Shown in pieces: positions 1 to 12,655 of a DNA stretch of 64,000 bases. The notes below the pieces were generated by a model, which was not told the origin of the DNA, did no database searches, and worked only from the letters and a program-made list of their open reading frames with translations. Position numbers and translations under genes: made by a program. This DNA is from Haliotis rubra (lineage: Eukaryota): contig NW_025766002.1 of assembly GCF_003918875.1 (NCBI RefSeq), forward strand, positions 1,302,001 through 1,366,000. The letters are read 5' to 3'. Within the stretch, counting starts at the first letter, position 1. Every line of letters starts with the position of its first letter.

Positions 1-427
1 AGATCCCAACATGGACGGAGTCAGTCAGTACAACATGCTCATCAATGGTGGAGCCAGCAAGCGAAATGAGTTCGTCTACAACATCTATGACGAGATTGAT
101 GCAGCTGCAATACGGTACGGAGATCTTAAGCTCATCCAAGGCAGTCCAGGAGCTCACAATGGTTGGGCTCCTTTGCCACATCTGGGAATTGATGAAGGTG
201 TCTATGAAGCTGATAACCAAACGTTCCCTCCCTTCATGCTCTACAACATCACTGCAGATCCAACCGAACACTTCGACCTCTCAGCCATGTACCCTGAGCT
301 GGTGGACATGATGAAGAAGAGGCTAGAAATCTGGAAACAGTCTGGTGTTCCGGCGCAGGACAATTCTAGTATTCCTGCAGCAAACCCAAAATACTATGAC
401 GGTGTATGGAGCCCAGGCTGGTGTTAA
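1..427 (+). CDS. Arylsulfatase B-like, copy 1 (C-terminal part only; 5' end lies outside the window)
   Basis: Open frame from the window edge encodes the same C-terminus as the full copies (GVSQY..LINGG..KRNEFVYNIYD...LYNITADPTEHFDL...WSPGWC*). AATAAA at about 500. Confidence 0.93.
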   Translation, partial: DPNMDGVSQYNMLINGGASKRNEFVYNIYDEIDAAAIRYGDLKLIQGSPGAHNGWAPLPHLGIDEGVYEADNQTFPPFMLYNITADPTEHFDLSAMYPELVDMMKKRLEIWKQSGVPAQDNSSIPAANPKYYDGVWSPGWC

Positions 428-624
428 TTTCTCTGAACTGATAAATGGACATTTCAAACTGCATCATTTCCATTTATTTTCACGTACATACAATTTCTTA
501 ATAAAAATCTTTATTTCAGAAAATGGAAGGAAAAAGTTACGATAATGAAATCAATCGCTCTTGAAGAAACCATGCACACTTTGCATAAGCATTGCCAGGA
601 CGTCAAGGTGGCAAGGTGCGAAGG

Positions 625-1122
625 TGGCAAGGTGGGCGAGCTGTCAAAGGCGCCGCGCTAGTAAGCGAAAGGTGCCTGGATCGATCCCCACTTGTGACCT
701 GGTGTAAAAACCTTGGAGCTAACATTACTTGCAGGCTCTTTCATTGTTGTCACAACCCCTTGTGTGCAGTACACAACCCTCTGCACTTAAAATAACCCAC
801 TAATCCGATGGTAGGTGACCAAATGGTGGACACACGAACACGTGCAGGCACCTAGTTGCGGGTATAGTAACGTGAAGTACCATTGGGCAAAGGACTGTGA
901 CTATGTGTCCCAGTTCACATAACTGCAAATGGGTACCTTGTGAGGATGAGACTGTGTGATAACTCGCTGCTCCTAACGGGTTACATGAATTGAATACTCC
1001 CCAGGGAGTTGAGTTGGTTAAAAGAATGCCAGGAAAAAAGACCGTTGATCAAGGGAACACTCCAGCGCCTTGAACGTATACTAGTTGCGTGGATATGTGC
1101 GCTATATAAATATCCTATAATA
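625..1122 (+). mobile_element. tRNA-derived SINE with conserved-core-like body and L2-like 3' tail
   Basis: Degenerate A box (ggtgggcgagctgtcaaagg) and B box (ggatcgatccc), internal AAATGGGTACC and CTCCCCAGGGAGTTGAG motifs, and 3' end agcgccttga...gcgctatataaat...taataa resembling the tail of the L2 at 48562-48630. Confidence 0.6.
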
Positions 1123-2318
1123 AAGTCAAGTAGACGCTACGTATCTTGTATTCAAAGAGCATATCCAAATTCAAACAAAATTCAATAAAATTATATAAAT
1201 CATAAGAAGATTGTACGATGAGCATTCTTCTAATAGTATTTCAAGTAGGTATTTTTAAAGCGTCACGAACTTAATATGCCACCATATCCACCAGCATACA
1301 AAACAGACAGACAGACACAAAATGAAACATTTAACAATACACAAATACAAAGTGCAAGATATTATGAAGTCACCTTGCCTGAAAATATTTATAACCTTCA
1401 CTGAAACAGTTTCACATGGCCAATAGGCCGACGTTTGGATTTGTTTTCTATTTTTATGCTTTTGACATTTTTGGTGCATTAAAAAGGCCAAATGCGGGAT
1501 ACTAGGCAAACCGCAGCAATGGAGAATATTGCCCAACGAAAAAGGCCAACCCGTGCCTAAATTTGGAGGAAAAATGTTAAGTTGTAATTCGACGGTGTTG
1601 CATTTGATACGGGTATCCCAACCCACCACAACTGCAACAATATTATTTCACCTGTTTACATCCAACACCTTCAAAGTATAGAAGCCTTCTGCCAAAATCG
1701 GACTGGTGGAACAAATATGTACTTGGGATTATAATCTTTTAAGTTTTTGTTTTTGTGGTGTCATCTTGCACATGAAATGAAGGTTGTCAGATATCTTTAT
1801 ATCTTGAATAAACACCATGACTAGTCTAACAAAAATCACTACAATTAAGTGAAAAACATTTTTATTTATATTTTTGTCTAATTCTAAGGTAAAGTTTTTG
1901 TAATGTAGTGTTTAAAAAGTAAATATAATGATGAGATTATTATAGAAAGATACTACATTCAAATATGTTGTAATAATGTTTCAATAATTAAAAAACAAAA
2001 GCACCACAATGAACTTTTCGTCACTTTGTATTTGATCCGTTTGTTTGAGTTTTTTGGTAATTACTAAAAGTTTGTGCTACAGATTTTGTAACCACTAAAA
2101 ACAAAACTTGACAAGACTTTGCATTGATTATGACGGGTACCACCGGTAAACATGGTTATGCTCACCTTTTCGCGATCACCTGGTGTCATTCACTATTTCA
2201 CAGTGATTCATACACACATCCTGTCATCGTATCGCATGGTGGCAATCACTGGATTGTCTGCTCCAGACTCGATTTGTTTACAAACAACATCGTATAGCTG
2301 TACTACTGCTGAGACAAA

Positions 2319-2385
2319 CACTACCCATCAAAAGTTTAGACACACTTAACGCACTCGCTAAATGTTATGTATGTATGCATATTAT
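2319..2385. mobile_element. Isolated left-end fragment of the TIR element at 3560-4978
   Basis: actacccatcaaaagtttagacacac...atgttatgta is nearly identical to 3562-3612. Confidence 0.6.
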
Positions 2386-2796
2386 CAGTTGTTCGGGCTC
2401 AGGGAACATAAACAAACATCGAGGGTACATCAACCCATGCCCCCCTCGTGACCAGTGAACAACGTATTTTTCTTACCGAACACCTTGATATGAATTTTAA
2501 ATTGTTTGAAGCACGGGTACAAATCTTTTTGTAGCCATCGCTAGATTTTGCGGACAAGAAAAACACATTTAGAGTTATCTCCCTTCCATCGATTTGCACT
2601 CGCAAAACATCGGTAATTTCCGTACATCATACGTGATTCAATGTTATTCGAGATAAAGAATTACTACCACGAAGTACAGAATGAGTTGCCATTAACAGCG
2701 GGGTACATTGAACTGTTACTCGCTTGTAAGCGGGGTACATTGAAGATAATAGAAGAGCGCTCAGACAATCAGAAAGCGACATTTATGTGTGCGGTA

Positions 2797-2963
2797 AGAT
2801 AAATAGAGAATACTACACGAGGTCTCATTACATACCAATTGCACGAAACGAGTGTCCTTCCTATGGTATCTGACCGAGCGAAAGCGAGGTCAGATAACAT
2901 AGGAAGGTCACGAGTTTCGTATAATTCGTATGTAATGAGACCGAGTGTGGTATTTTATTTATT
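2797..2963. repeat. Long imperfect palindrome/hairpin, probably part of a non-autonomous DNA element
   Basis: Arms aatactacacgaggtctcattacatac...ccttcctatggtatctgacc and ggtcagataacataggaagg...gtatgtaatgagaccgagtgtggtatt flank the loop gagcgaaagcga. A further inverted pair atttattacccacgt (about 2956) / acgtgggtaataaat (about 3540-3554) is present. Confidence 0.8.
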
Positions 2964-3559
2964 ACCCACGTCTTACATGCATTTAAATTGACAAAATAGC
3001 CTATATTTGTTATGTTTTTGGTTTCAAACCGAAACCGGTTTCATAAAGAGGTTGCGGAAGAGTTTTGTACTGTAGTACAATATTTGCATGACGTCACACT
3101 AATGACATCACTGCCATGGTAACCGACGTCACGATGCATGTCAGTTGTCATCGCCTCGTACAGCCTCCTACAGTAAACTACTCCGTTGCACCTCGTTTCT
3201 TGGTTTCCAGTTGCTTCATTCGGTTAACATCACTGGTGGAAACATTGCGTTTATGTTTTTCGACGGATATAATGTCTCAGTTCGACTCACAATTAAACAG
3301 CGACACGGCAACGTTCGCAATGTTTACATTCCCACAATGCATTTAGTTGTAGAATGAATGAATTCACGTGTTTGTTATGAATGAAAAAATAGTTACGTCA
3401 GAATGTGACCTAATTGAAAGGTCATCGGTTATCCAATCAAATCGTTAGAATTTCAGGTCAAGTCGTTACGACACAGGTCAACGCGATACGACACTTGTGT
3501 AACGTACGAGATTAATATGCAACTACCCATACGTTGACCACGTGGGTAATAAATATATA

Positions 3560-4978
3560 TATTACCCATCAAAAGTTTAGACTCACCTAAAGCATTCACT
3601 ATATGTTATGTATAGATATGTGGTTACATCGAAGATGAAATTCTCCACTAACTTAGAGGAAGCAACTGCAAACTTTATGCAGATGAATTGCACGAGGATC
3701 ACGCATCACATTGCTGAAAAGCATGTGCAAATATCGTGCATGTGAACAGTTGCGTTTTGTCACATGCAACGTAAAACACAACTTTGCAGATTCTGATACC
3801 TTTCGGTATGGACTTACCGAAACAAATCATCAAAAATGCAAATTCAACTTATAAAGTTGAAAAATAACGCGATGAAAAAAACCGCGCGAAATCGGAGTTC
3901 AACCGATTCACTAATTTTCCCCCGACTTTTCGGGGAAAACTGGTTTCAACAACTGCGCTGCGCTCATAGCACGTGCGCAGTGAAATAGGTTCGCGCAGCT
4001 TGGAAGTGGGTTGTCCGGTGAAAACTCGGTGAAGGCTTTGGTGTGAGCTATTTTTCTAATGTTTTGTTGATATTTCACAGGCGCGAGCTTTTTATATGTT
4101 ATGACAGTAGATTAACTGTTTATATAATTTCATTTGTCTATTTCACCACACGTTCTTCTTACCGAGTCACTTTCTCAGTTCGATACTTAAAAGCAATGTC
4201 ATTATTTAGCGTTGACACAATTTCAAACTGTGATATAGATATGTCGTTGTCACAGACAAAACTCAATGTCTGTTTATTGACACCTATGTGTCTGCCTGCC
4301 TGTCTGCTAATGACCATATTCAATACACAACTGCGATCACTGACCAAATGCAATTTGAACTTAACACCAATCAGGCTATACACCATAAACAAAATGCATT
4401 GATTTATGGCCCGAGTTCGGTCTATGTCACATTATGTAATTACACAGACAGGCAGGTGCGATACTTGTACACATGACATGTTATGATGTCTGTTGATTGC
4501 AAAATGTTATGCACAAAAAATGAGCATGTATTTACAAAACCCAACATCTCTATATATACACACACAATTAGCCGTGAGGGGATCTGCAAATGAACCAGCC
4601 GTTACACTTGACTGCACACCCACCTGCTCTGACTGGGTTCGGTATCCCGGCTGCTTCGTTTCTTGGGAAGTAAACCCAAGTACACAATATTGCACTTTTG
4701 ATTTGCGATTGTACGCTTATAATTTTGTTTATATGTTTTTTCATAACCAGCAATGTATATTATATGTCATGAATAAGTGATAATTGTGTTTTAATTATGT
4801 TTGATTTTTTGGTTGCATGTGACCTTTAAGAATTCACCAATTTTCACTGAGTTTCACTGTGTAAACAGTACATTTAAACAGTATGGAATATTTTGCAAAA
4901 TCTATATATAGTTTAGGACAGTTAGCTGAAGTAAGTGGCTAAATTTACATTAGTGAGTCTTAACCTTTGATGGGTAGT
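3560..4978. mobile_element. Non-autonomous Tc1/mariner-type TIR element (about 1.4 kb), possibly with a nested MITE at about 3757-4829
   Basis: TIRs tacccatcaaaagtttagactcac / gtgagtcttaacctttgatgggtagt sit within TA runs. An internal inverted pair gtcacatgcaac (3759) / gttgcatgtgac-ctttaa (4812) suggests a nested element. Confidence 0.7.
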
Positions 4979-6316
4979 ATATATAGTCATGCTACAGTCT
5001 GGATTGTACAATCGACTCTTTCTTATGGATGTGGAAAGGGTTTTGTCTCCTGAAAACAAGTATTAATGTTTAGTCACTTGGTATTTTCAGTATTTATAAT
5101 TACTAAAAACATTTGTGTAGCAAGTAGTACAAAACCCGACATTATAGATGACCTTGGGCCCAAAACAAGGTGGAACTGTCTGAAATTCAAGACAATTTAC
5201 ATTACCCTCTTGTATCAGAGAGACCACCAAAATATACCCCTGGCGCTTGCTTGTAAGATGGGAAAATTATACGACACCAAAGACTGCTTTCTCCTTCTTC
5301 ACGTCAATACGTATGTACTAAACGAGATACTTGTTCACTGCAACCCCAGAGAATTAACAGTTTCCAGCGTTTGACGAAGCATATTTCGTGGATCGTTAAG
5401 ACAAATTAGTAAAGAAATTTACAGGAATGGATCACTGACAACAGCGAAGAAACGAAAGGTCTAAGCCTGTCATGTTCTACCGGAACCACCATCTAGGCAG
5501 ACGTGTGATAACTTCGTGGTTTTGGTGAATTCCTCTGAATGTCTGCCATAACATGTACGCATGCCAAGAATGGTTGTCACCCCCTTCAATTTTTTTAATT
5601 GGAGAGGGGGTGTGGGGTGGGGGTCTGAGGTGTGTTTGGGGTTGGGGTGGGGAGGGGGCGACAACCATTATTGGCATGAGTATATTCTGGAATGATTAAA
5701 CCAGGCCTTTAATGATGAATCCTTGATTCAAGGCTTAGCTTTGTCATCCAAAATCTTGTCGAATGACAAAGACCTAAAGCAGCAAATCAATTGCAGAACT
5801 GGAGACATCTTGAGTTGATAGTATATTGCTCGATTAGAAAATGGAAAACCAAAAGAGGGAAACAGTTGGTTCACATGATAACTGCTACTTCTCATAACGT
5901 AATGTTTCCAAAATTGACAAAGATACTGATCACAAAATACATTTCCAATAGTTTCTGGAACAGTGTGTCTTTGTCAACAATACAGTAATAATACAAAGAG
6001 AAGCAATTAATAGAAAATTAAAATATTATACCTGGATGGTAGGCGATATTTTGCCTCGTTTACATTCACCACAACCAAAGACACACAGACATAAAACAGG
6101 CATACACACAGACACAGACAGACGTTTAAAAATCAACTGACATTCTTCTTTTAAGCTGCTGGACTACAATATGTAATATAGGCCAGTCTAGTATCTTTTT
6201 GATATTCATCGCATTTGTTAATTACTGTGTTATGAGAGTGTTTTTTTTGTAATTTTGTAATAACATTGATCAAGTGATACTTATCGCATCATATATGTTC
6301 TATGGTAGTAGTATTT

Positions 6317-6865
6317 GTAGCGGCACGCCTTGTTGATAGCGCTTCAGAGTTGCCTCCTTTAGGGCAACTATTTGTATAACTTTCTGTTTTGACTTCCGGG
6401 TCTCGTCACGTCTTGTGTTCACGATACCTTTCGTGAATGTTCTGAGAGGATAATGATGCCGCCTGGCTTTACAGGAATTCTCTAGAATCTATGTGAGAGC
6501 TATATAAAGGCTGGTCAGTGGATTTGTGTACATCTATCTGCCATCGTCATCATCTGAACTACATTTCTGACTGACCCAGCTCGTCTATATTCAACATATG
6601 TCATTGTAAACAACCTTCAATCAGTATGTCTGCTCTCACTGTAAATGTCAAGACTCTGGTGTGCTAATATTTTATATTTGTGACCCAATATTTTAGATTT
6701 GTGACTCAATTGCATTGTATTAGATATCTGTATTGTCATTCATTTTAGTTTGCCCATTGTTTGCTCAATATATTATTGAATATTTTAGACTTGTCTGTGT
6801 TCTATTTTGCTGGTTCAAAGGGGACTTTTAAACCTTTTATCACGGGAAAGTATTAACCTCAACAA
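6317..6865 (+). mobile_element. Possible solo LTR
   Basis: Starts TGTAG, has an internal TATATAAAG box at about 6501, a T-rich U5-like tail and a possible CA end. No clear TSD was found. Confidence 0.35.
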
Positions 6866-7627
6866 CTGATACACGCTCATTTTTCTTGATGTATTTGTAG
6901 TGACGGGTTATAGCAATATTGTATGTTTAGCTCATAATTAGTTGTCTTCTTTAGTCACAAAATCAGTCCAAGAAAGTCTACATAATATTTGGCAAGTCTA
7001 GATTACTTTCATGAAATGACTCGAGGCTCATTTGAATATAATTTTATCAAGACAATTTAAGAACTGGATTTTTTTCACGTAAAATATGTACATTTCAGAG
7101 ACAAAGTGATAGTGCAGCCTTATCATAGACCCCATACCTTTAACATGTCATATGACAACTGTGTTTGGTATGCAAAGAATGTCTTGCTGTTTCACCAGAC
7201 AGGTCAGATTTAGATATAGGTAGGGAACAACATCTAAAAATAGATATTTTAGGCTCAGGGCCCAGTATCAAGTTGATAAATGTTCAGTCAAATTGATTAC
7301 TGAGAAAAAAAGAAAATATGTGAGTAACATGCCATAAAAGTGGGATGATGAAATGACTCAATTACGCAATGTCAATATCAGGTGTGACCACAATTTGCGT
7401 TGATAAAGGTGTGATAGCGACGGCTCATTGAGGACATCAGATGTTTGTATGAGGGATGATCTTCAAATGTCAACCAAAGATAGGCCAGTGTTAGCCAACT
7501 TCACCGACTGGTTCTGGTCCAGACGTTGTCGTCATCCCAGGCATGTTCAATGGAGGGAACGTCATGGAACGGCCATGGTAGTATAATAAGTTATACTGCC
7601 TCCATTGGTCTGTTACAACATGTGTAA

Positions 7628-8487
7628 CGGCTGGATGGGTATAATCCTGCATTAATGTGACGTTACATCCCTCACTTGCACAAAGTGCAAAACACTATCT
7701 TGGTACCGTACGCCATTCAAATTGTCATTAAAGAAGATAAGTTCTACCTAAAATGTGACAACCTTGAGGAAACCTTTCATCGTCCCGAGACGCACCAAGA
7801 GCCTTGCATGCCCACTAGAGCTGTCCAGATGAAAAATAGATACATCTGTGACCTGCAAACTGCCCCAGTCTTGTCTTCTGAACCTCAGATTGAGTCTACA
7901 CCAACCTAGGCGTGTCTGACGGTGACGGTAAACCAGGACTGGATGTCGCAACATAAAGGTTGTAAGGCAAAGCAATACAAAGGCGAAGCAATACAAAGGT
8001 ACAGCCATTTATCAAATATGTGTCCAAATATGTAGCTAACATACGTTTAAACCGAATAACAAAGAACACTATTTTGTGAATTCGGCTGGATGGGTATAAT
8101 CCTGCATTAATGTAACGGTACGTCCCTGCATTTACACAAAGGGCACAGCATGATCATGGCACCGTACGCCATTCAAATTGGCATTAACAAAGAAAACATT
8201 TACCTACCATCTGAAGACCTTGAGGAAACCTTGCATCGATAAAACATTCTCCTGAGACGCATGAAGACCCTTTCACGACCATGAGAACTGTCAAGATGAA
8301 ACCTGGACTGATGTGTGAACAGTCTACTGTTCATGTCTTGCCTTCTGAACTTCCGCTCGCGTCTTCATGAAACTAGGTGTGTCTGCCGGTGATGTGAAAA
8401 CAAGAACTGGATGTCAGGACCCGATATTTTTCATTTTATCCCAGCTGACAGGACGGTTATAAGGCAAAGCAATACCGAGATACAACC
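7628..8487. repeat. Two-unit diverged direct repeat (period about 455 bp)
   Basis: cggctggatgggtataatcctgcattaatgt at 7628 and 8083. Colinear shared blocks include accgtacgccattcaaattg, ccttgaggaaacctt, cttctgaac, ctggatgtc and taaggcaaagcaatac. Confidence 0.85.
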
Positions 8488-9005
8488 GGCCCCAACTATG
8501 CTTCTAGGTTTGTCAACATCATACCCGAGACAAAGGTTCATATTCTTGTTCATTTGATTCGCCTCAAATTATACCCGTATACGTATTCGTGGGTTTCGCC
8601 AAAGAACTTCAAAGATATTCAGAACTTTGGGGTTTCCTTCCAGATTAACCTCCCAATTAAATGGATCAGCCTTCACTTCTTCTAAATGTACACACATATT
8701 TGACATAGTTCTGTAGAGGTAAGTCTGCATTGGAAGTCAACGATATTTGCAATCTTTGTTTCCCCCGATTTTATCAAACCATGTCACCAAAAATATGGAA
8801 ATGTAATACATGTGATGTAAGTTACAGGCATTGCTATAACAATTATGCTTTCAACATCTGTATAGAGTTTGTGTTGTATACCTTGACAAGTGAAACATCC
8901 AGCTGGTAATCTAAAAGAATGCGTCCTCTAGGATTGCCGTGGCATGCATTATCTATTGAAAACATTTAAATAGAAGCACAATGTATGATACTGAGCAGAA
9001 GCAAA

Positions 9006-10457
9006 ATGAGTGTCCAAAGAGCTGTTTTGTTCTGGATTGTTGGGACTTTTGTTATCTGCGAGTGTGCAGAGAAACCCCATATTGTGTTTATCGTAGCTGA
9101 TGACCTCGGATGGAACGATGTCGGATTCCGGAACCCTCAAATGATCACCCCTAACCTGGACAGACTGGCCAAAGCTGGTGTCATCCTCAACTCATCTTAC
9201 GTCCAGCCTCTATGCTCGCCTTCCAGAAGTTGTTTCATGTCGGGATATTTCCCTTATCACACTGGTCTACAAGATAGCGTTGTTAAGATAAACGCAGCAA
9301 AATTCCTTCCGGCTAACTTAACAACAATGCCACAGAAACTGAAACAACTTGGCTATGATGCTCACATGGTTGGGAAGTGGCATATTGGCTTCTGTAACTG
9401 GCGGTATACACCTACAGAGAGAGGCTTTGACTCCTACCTTGGATATTACACTGGTGATGAGGACTATTTTACTCGCATGGCACACAATAAGAATGGTACA
9501 GAGGGATTTGATTTTCACTTCAACAAAACTGCCTATAGAGATGACAATGGAACCTATTCTCTGCACATGTGTTTGCCAACAAGGCTGTTGAAATCATTGA
9601 AAACCACGACAATAGTAAGCCACTTTATCTATACCTTCCGTTCCAGGCTGTACATTTACCTCTTGAAGTTCCACCAAAATATGAAAACATGTACAAGAAC
9701 ATAGAAACCATAAATAGAAGGATCTATTGTGGAATGGTAACTGCGTTAGACGAAGCTGTAGGAAATATCACGAAGGCATTAGAAGAAAAAGGTCTCATGG
9801 ACAATCTATTGTTGGTCTTTACAACTGATAATGGTGGCCCTACTTTTGTTGCTGCCAATAACCTGCCCTTACGAGGAGCCAAAAATACTCTCTGGGAAGG
9901 GGGAACGAAAGGGACTGGATTCATCTACAGTAAATCCCTTCTCAAGAAGACGGGCTACCTCAACACTGGAATGATGCATGCAGTGGACTGGTACCCGACA
10001 TTGGTGGAGCTGGCTGGTGGAGAGAACACAGATCCCAACATGGACGGCATCAGTCAGTTCGACATGCTCATCAATGGTGGACCCAGCAAGCGGAAATGAG
10101 TTCGTCTACAACATCTATGACATAAAGGATGCAGCTGCCATAAGATACGGAGATCTCAAGCTCATGCAAGGGAGTCCAGGAGATCACAACGGTTGGGCAC
10201 CTTTGCCACATCTAGGAATAGATGAAGGTTTCTATGAAGCTGATAAGCAAACATTCCCTCCATTCATGCTCTACAACATTACTGCAGATCCAACCGAACA
10301 CTTCGACCTCTCAACTAAGTATCCTGATCTACTAGACATGATGAAGAAGAGGCTAGAGAACTGGAAGAAATCACGAGTTCCGGCACAAGACAATTCTCCT
10401 GATCCTGCAGCTAACCCCAAATACTTCGGTGGTATTTGGAGTCCAGGCTGGTGCTGA
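9006..10457 (+). pseudogene. Arylsulfatase B-like copy 2, full length but with two frameshifts (pseudogene or assembly error)
   Basis: Signal peptide MSVQRAVLFWIVGTFVICEC, then ADDLG, CSPSR, GKWHIG, DNGG and WSPGWC. Relative to paralogs there is an extra CT at 9561-9562 and an extra base at about 10093-10096. Confidence 0.88.
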
Positions 10458-10821
10458 TATTCAAAATACAAACTGTCTCACGGACGGAAATGGGGCTTCA
10501 TTTGTATTCAAAAAGAGAAAGCAAATTATACTGTTAATGTTGCCTTACTTGAAATATGTATAAACCGGATAAAATAGGATAACAGAAAAATGATTGGCTT
10601 GTCAAATCATTGTTGTCTCAAGTTGGGTTATTCTATTATAGAGGGTCTCGGGAACAGACAGGCGTGACCACAGATACAGTTCATCTTGACAGGACATCAA
10701 GTGAAGATTCGTTATCCTGTGTTTCATGTAACAAACTAAATCCAAATTAGAATATATTCAAATTAATTACGCCAGAATGAAATACACTTATCATCAACAT
10801 TGTTTTGACAGTATTCAGGTA

Positions 10822-11152
10822 TAACACATGTTGTATTTGGGATTACACTTTCTCAGTAAAGTACAGATTCTAGTACTTTTGTTTGCTTGAGTGCCATCCG
10901 GGATTCGAACCCTCACTCTGGTCAGGCACCCAATCGCCAGCACAGAAAGTTATGCGCCGTCTAACCCACTCAGCCAGCGCAGTTTCCAAAAAAATGGAAG
11001 TCGGACAACTGGTAATCTAGACCACGGGCTTTGTGTACCCGTCTGCTTAGTGTAAATAGCCACGGCTCCCACTGCCCAAAGCTATGAGTACACATTTAGA
11101 AAGTGGTCAAATGTAACACATGCTATATTTGGGATTACACTTTCTCAGTAAA
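10822..11152 (-). repeat. tRNA-like (long-arm) derived repeat bracketed by about 40-bp direct repeats
   Basis: Minus strand 10891-10980 reads gcgctggctgagtgggttag...ggttcgaatcccggatggca (A and B boxes). taacacatg.t.tatttgggattacactttctcagtaaag occurs at about 10822 and about 11115. Confidence 0.6.
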
Positions 11153-11347
11153 GCGAGCCGTGCCAATTTACACTTACACTTACAATGTGCACTAACCTGC
11201 ATTGACGCATAATGTATACCCCGTCAGCACCAGAAGATAACCAGTCTCGATTATACACATAAACAGATTCCATTGGGTTTAAAAGACAAAAGAAGAGGCG
11301 AAATTATTTCAGTGGATCACTTAAAATCTTATAAAATGTTCTGGTTT

Positions 11348-11530
11348 TCTGTAAGCCGTGGCATGACGTACGCGCAGTTTAGGTTGAAATTAACGTGTTT
11401 TCCACAACATTCAGAGGCACGACAATAATTAACCTTTCTTCAAGTTTCAATACCAAGTGTGTGATCTTCAGGTGTCAAAAGCATGCTAAACGTGAGTAAG
11501 TTCATTGTGCACAAACTGCAGGTACCACGC
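11348..11530 (-). mobile_element. Tc1-like 5' fragment (same family as 28790-29130)
   Basis: tctgtaagccgtggcatgacgtacg...attaacgtgttttccacaaca...cttcaggtgtcaaaa is shared with 28938-29065. Confidence 0.65.
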
Positions 11531-12285
11531 AAAATATGTGACATCCAATAAATCCATTGCAACATGTTTATTCAGGCTTTATATGAGCTTTCAAATAACT
11601 TTTATTTTATGCAATTTGATGTTATGCACAGTTACTTTTTTCAGTTAGTATACTTCCCCTTTCATGCAGCTACTACAATGCATGCCACTGATGTTTAATT
11701 GATTTTAATTTTTACATAACGTAAAACACTGAGATCATTGCACTTTGTCCAACAAGTAAACATCCCAACAAGATGTCCAATGAAAAACGTTACGGTATGC
11801 GAAAATGTGTTTGTTAAAGAAGAAATGTAATACAGTGATTCATACGAATATATACATTGGTAGCGTTTTTGGGTAGACTGCACTGTACGGGTCCCCGGAA
11901 GTTTACGCTACAGACATGCGCAGAAGCCATATTTACATCGAAGCGAGCACTAACGCTGACGCCATTTTTTGTGTACTCTAGCGATTGACAATATCGCTGT
12001 TTTGGCCTATTCAATAGCCGTTGGATACTAATCGATAAAATTTTCTAGCCCTTTGTTCCCCTTCAAAACTGATTTAGGGTTAGTATTATTTTCTGGGTTT
12101 GCCAATTGCAATTTTGATTCATATCTTTTATAAGACGCTTAGCATAAAAATACCCCAGTAATGTATTGTTTCGTGTTAGCCCTTGACATTCAATAAGTAT
12201 TAGTATTATATAATTCCACAATAAAATATATTTTAGCCCTAAGATGCATCAATGTATCATTCATTTTTCATTTTCATTTACAATA

Positions 12286-12451
12286 CTGACTGACTGAGTT
12301 TGGTTTTACGCCGCTTTTAGCAATATTCCAGCAACATCACGGCGGGGGACACCAGAAATGGGCTTCACACATTGTACCCATGTGGGGATTCGAACCCGGG
12401 TCTTCGGCGTGACGAGCCAACGCTTTAACCACTAGGCTACCCCACCGCCCC
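12286..12451 (-). mobile_element. tRNA-derived SINE (family A), nested in the Merlin element
   Basis: Minus strand ggggcggtggggtagcctagtggttaaagcg...gggttcgaatcccc...gcggcgtaaaacc+(cagt)n. 12-bp TSD tcatttacaata at 12274 and 12452. Confidence 0.9.
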
Positions 12452-12655
12452 TCATTTACAATAAACAAAATAGGAAGTGTATGTGATATCTAGCAGATCA
12501 TCTCCATTTGTTGTCTCCAGCGTTAGGACAACAAATATCAAAATGCTTCACTTACCACGTACTCTGCTGAGGCATTGAACTCATCTGTAGGCATGTTTTC
12601 ATTTCCATCTTCATTTTCTTTGTTTTCATTTTCATTATTCGTGGTTTTGAATTAA

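Noticed and set aside
9541-10100. Programmed frameshifting in copy 2
   Set aside because: No slippery heptamer or conserved signal, and the eight intact paralogs lack these indels.
12286-12451. tRNA gene calls for SINE heads
   Set aside because: Each continues into a shared SINE body with a simple-repeat tail and TSDs.
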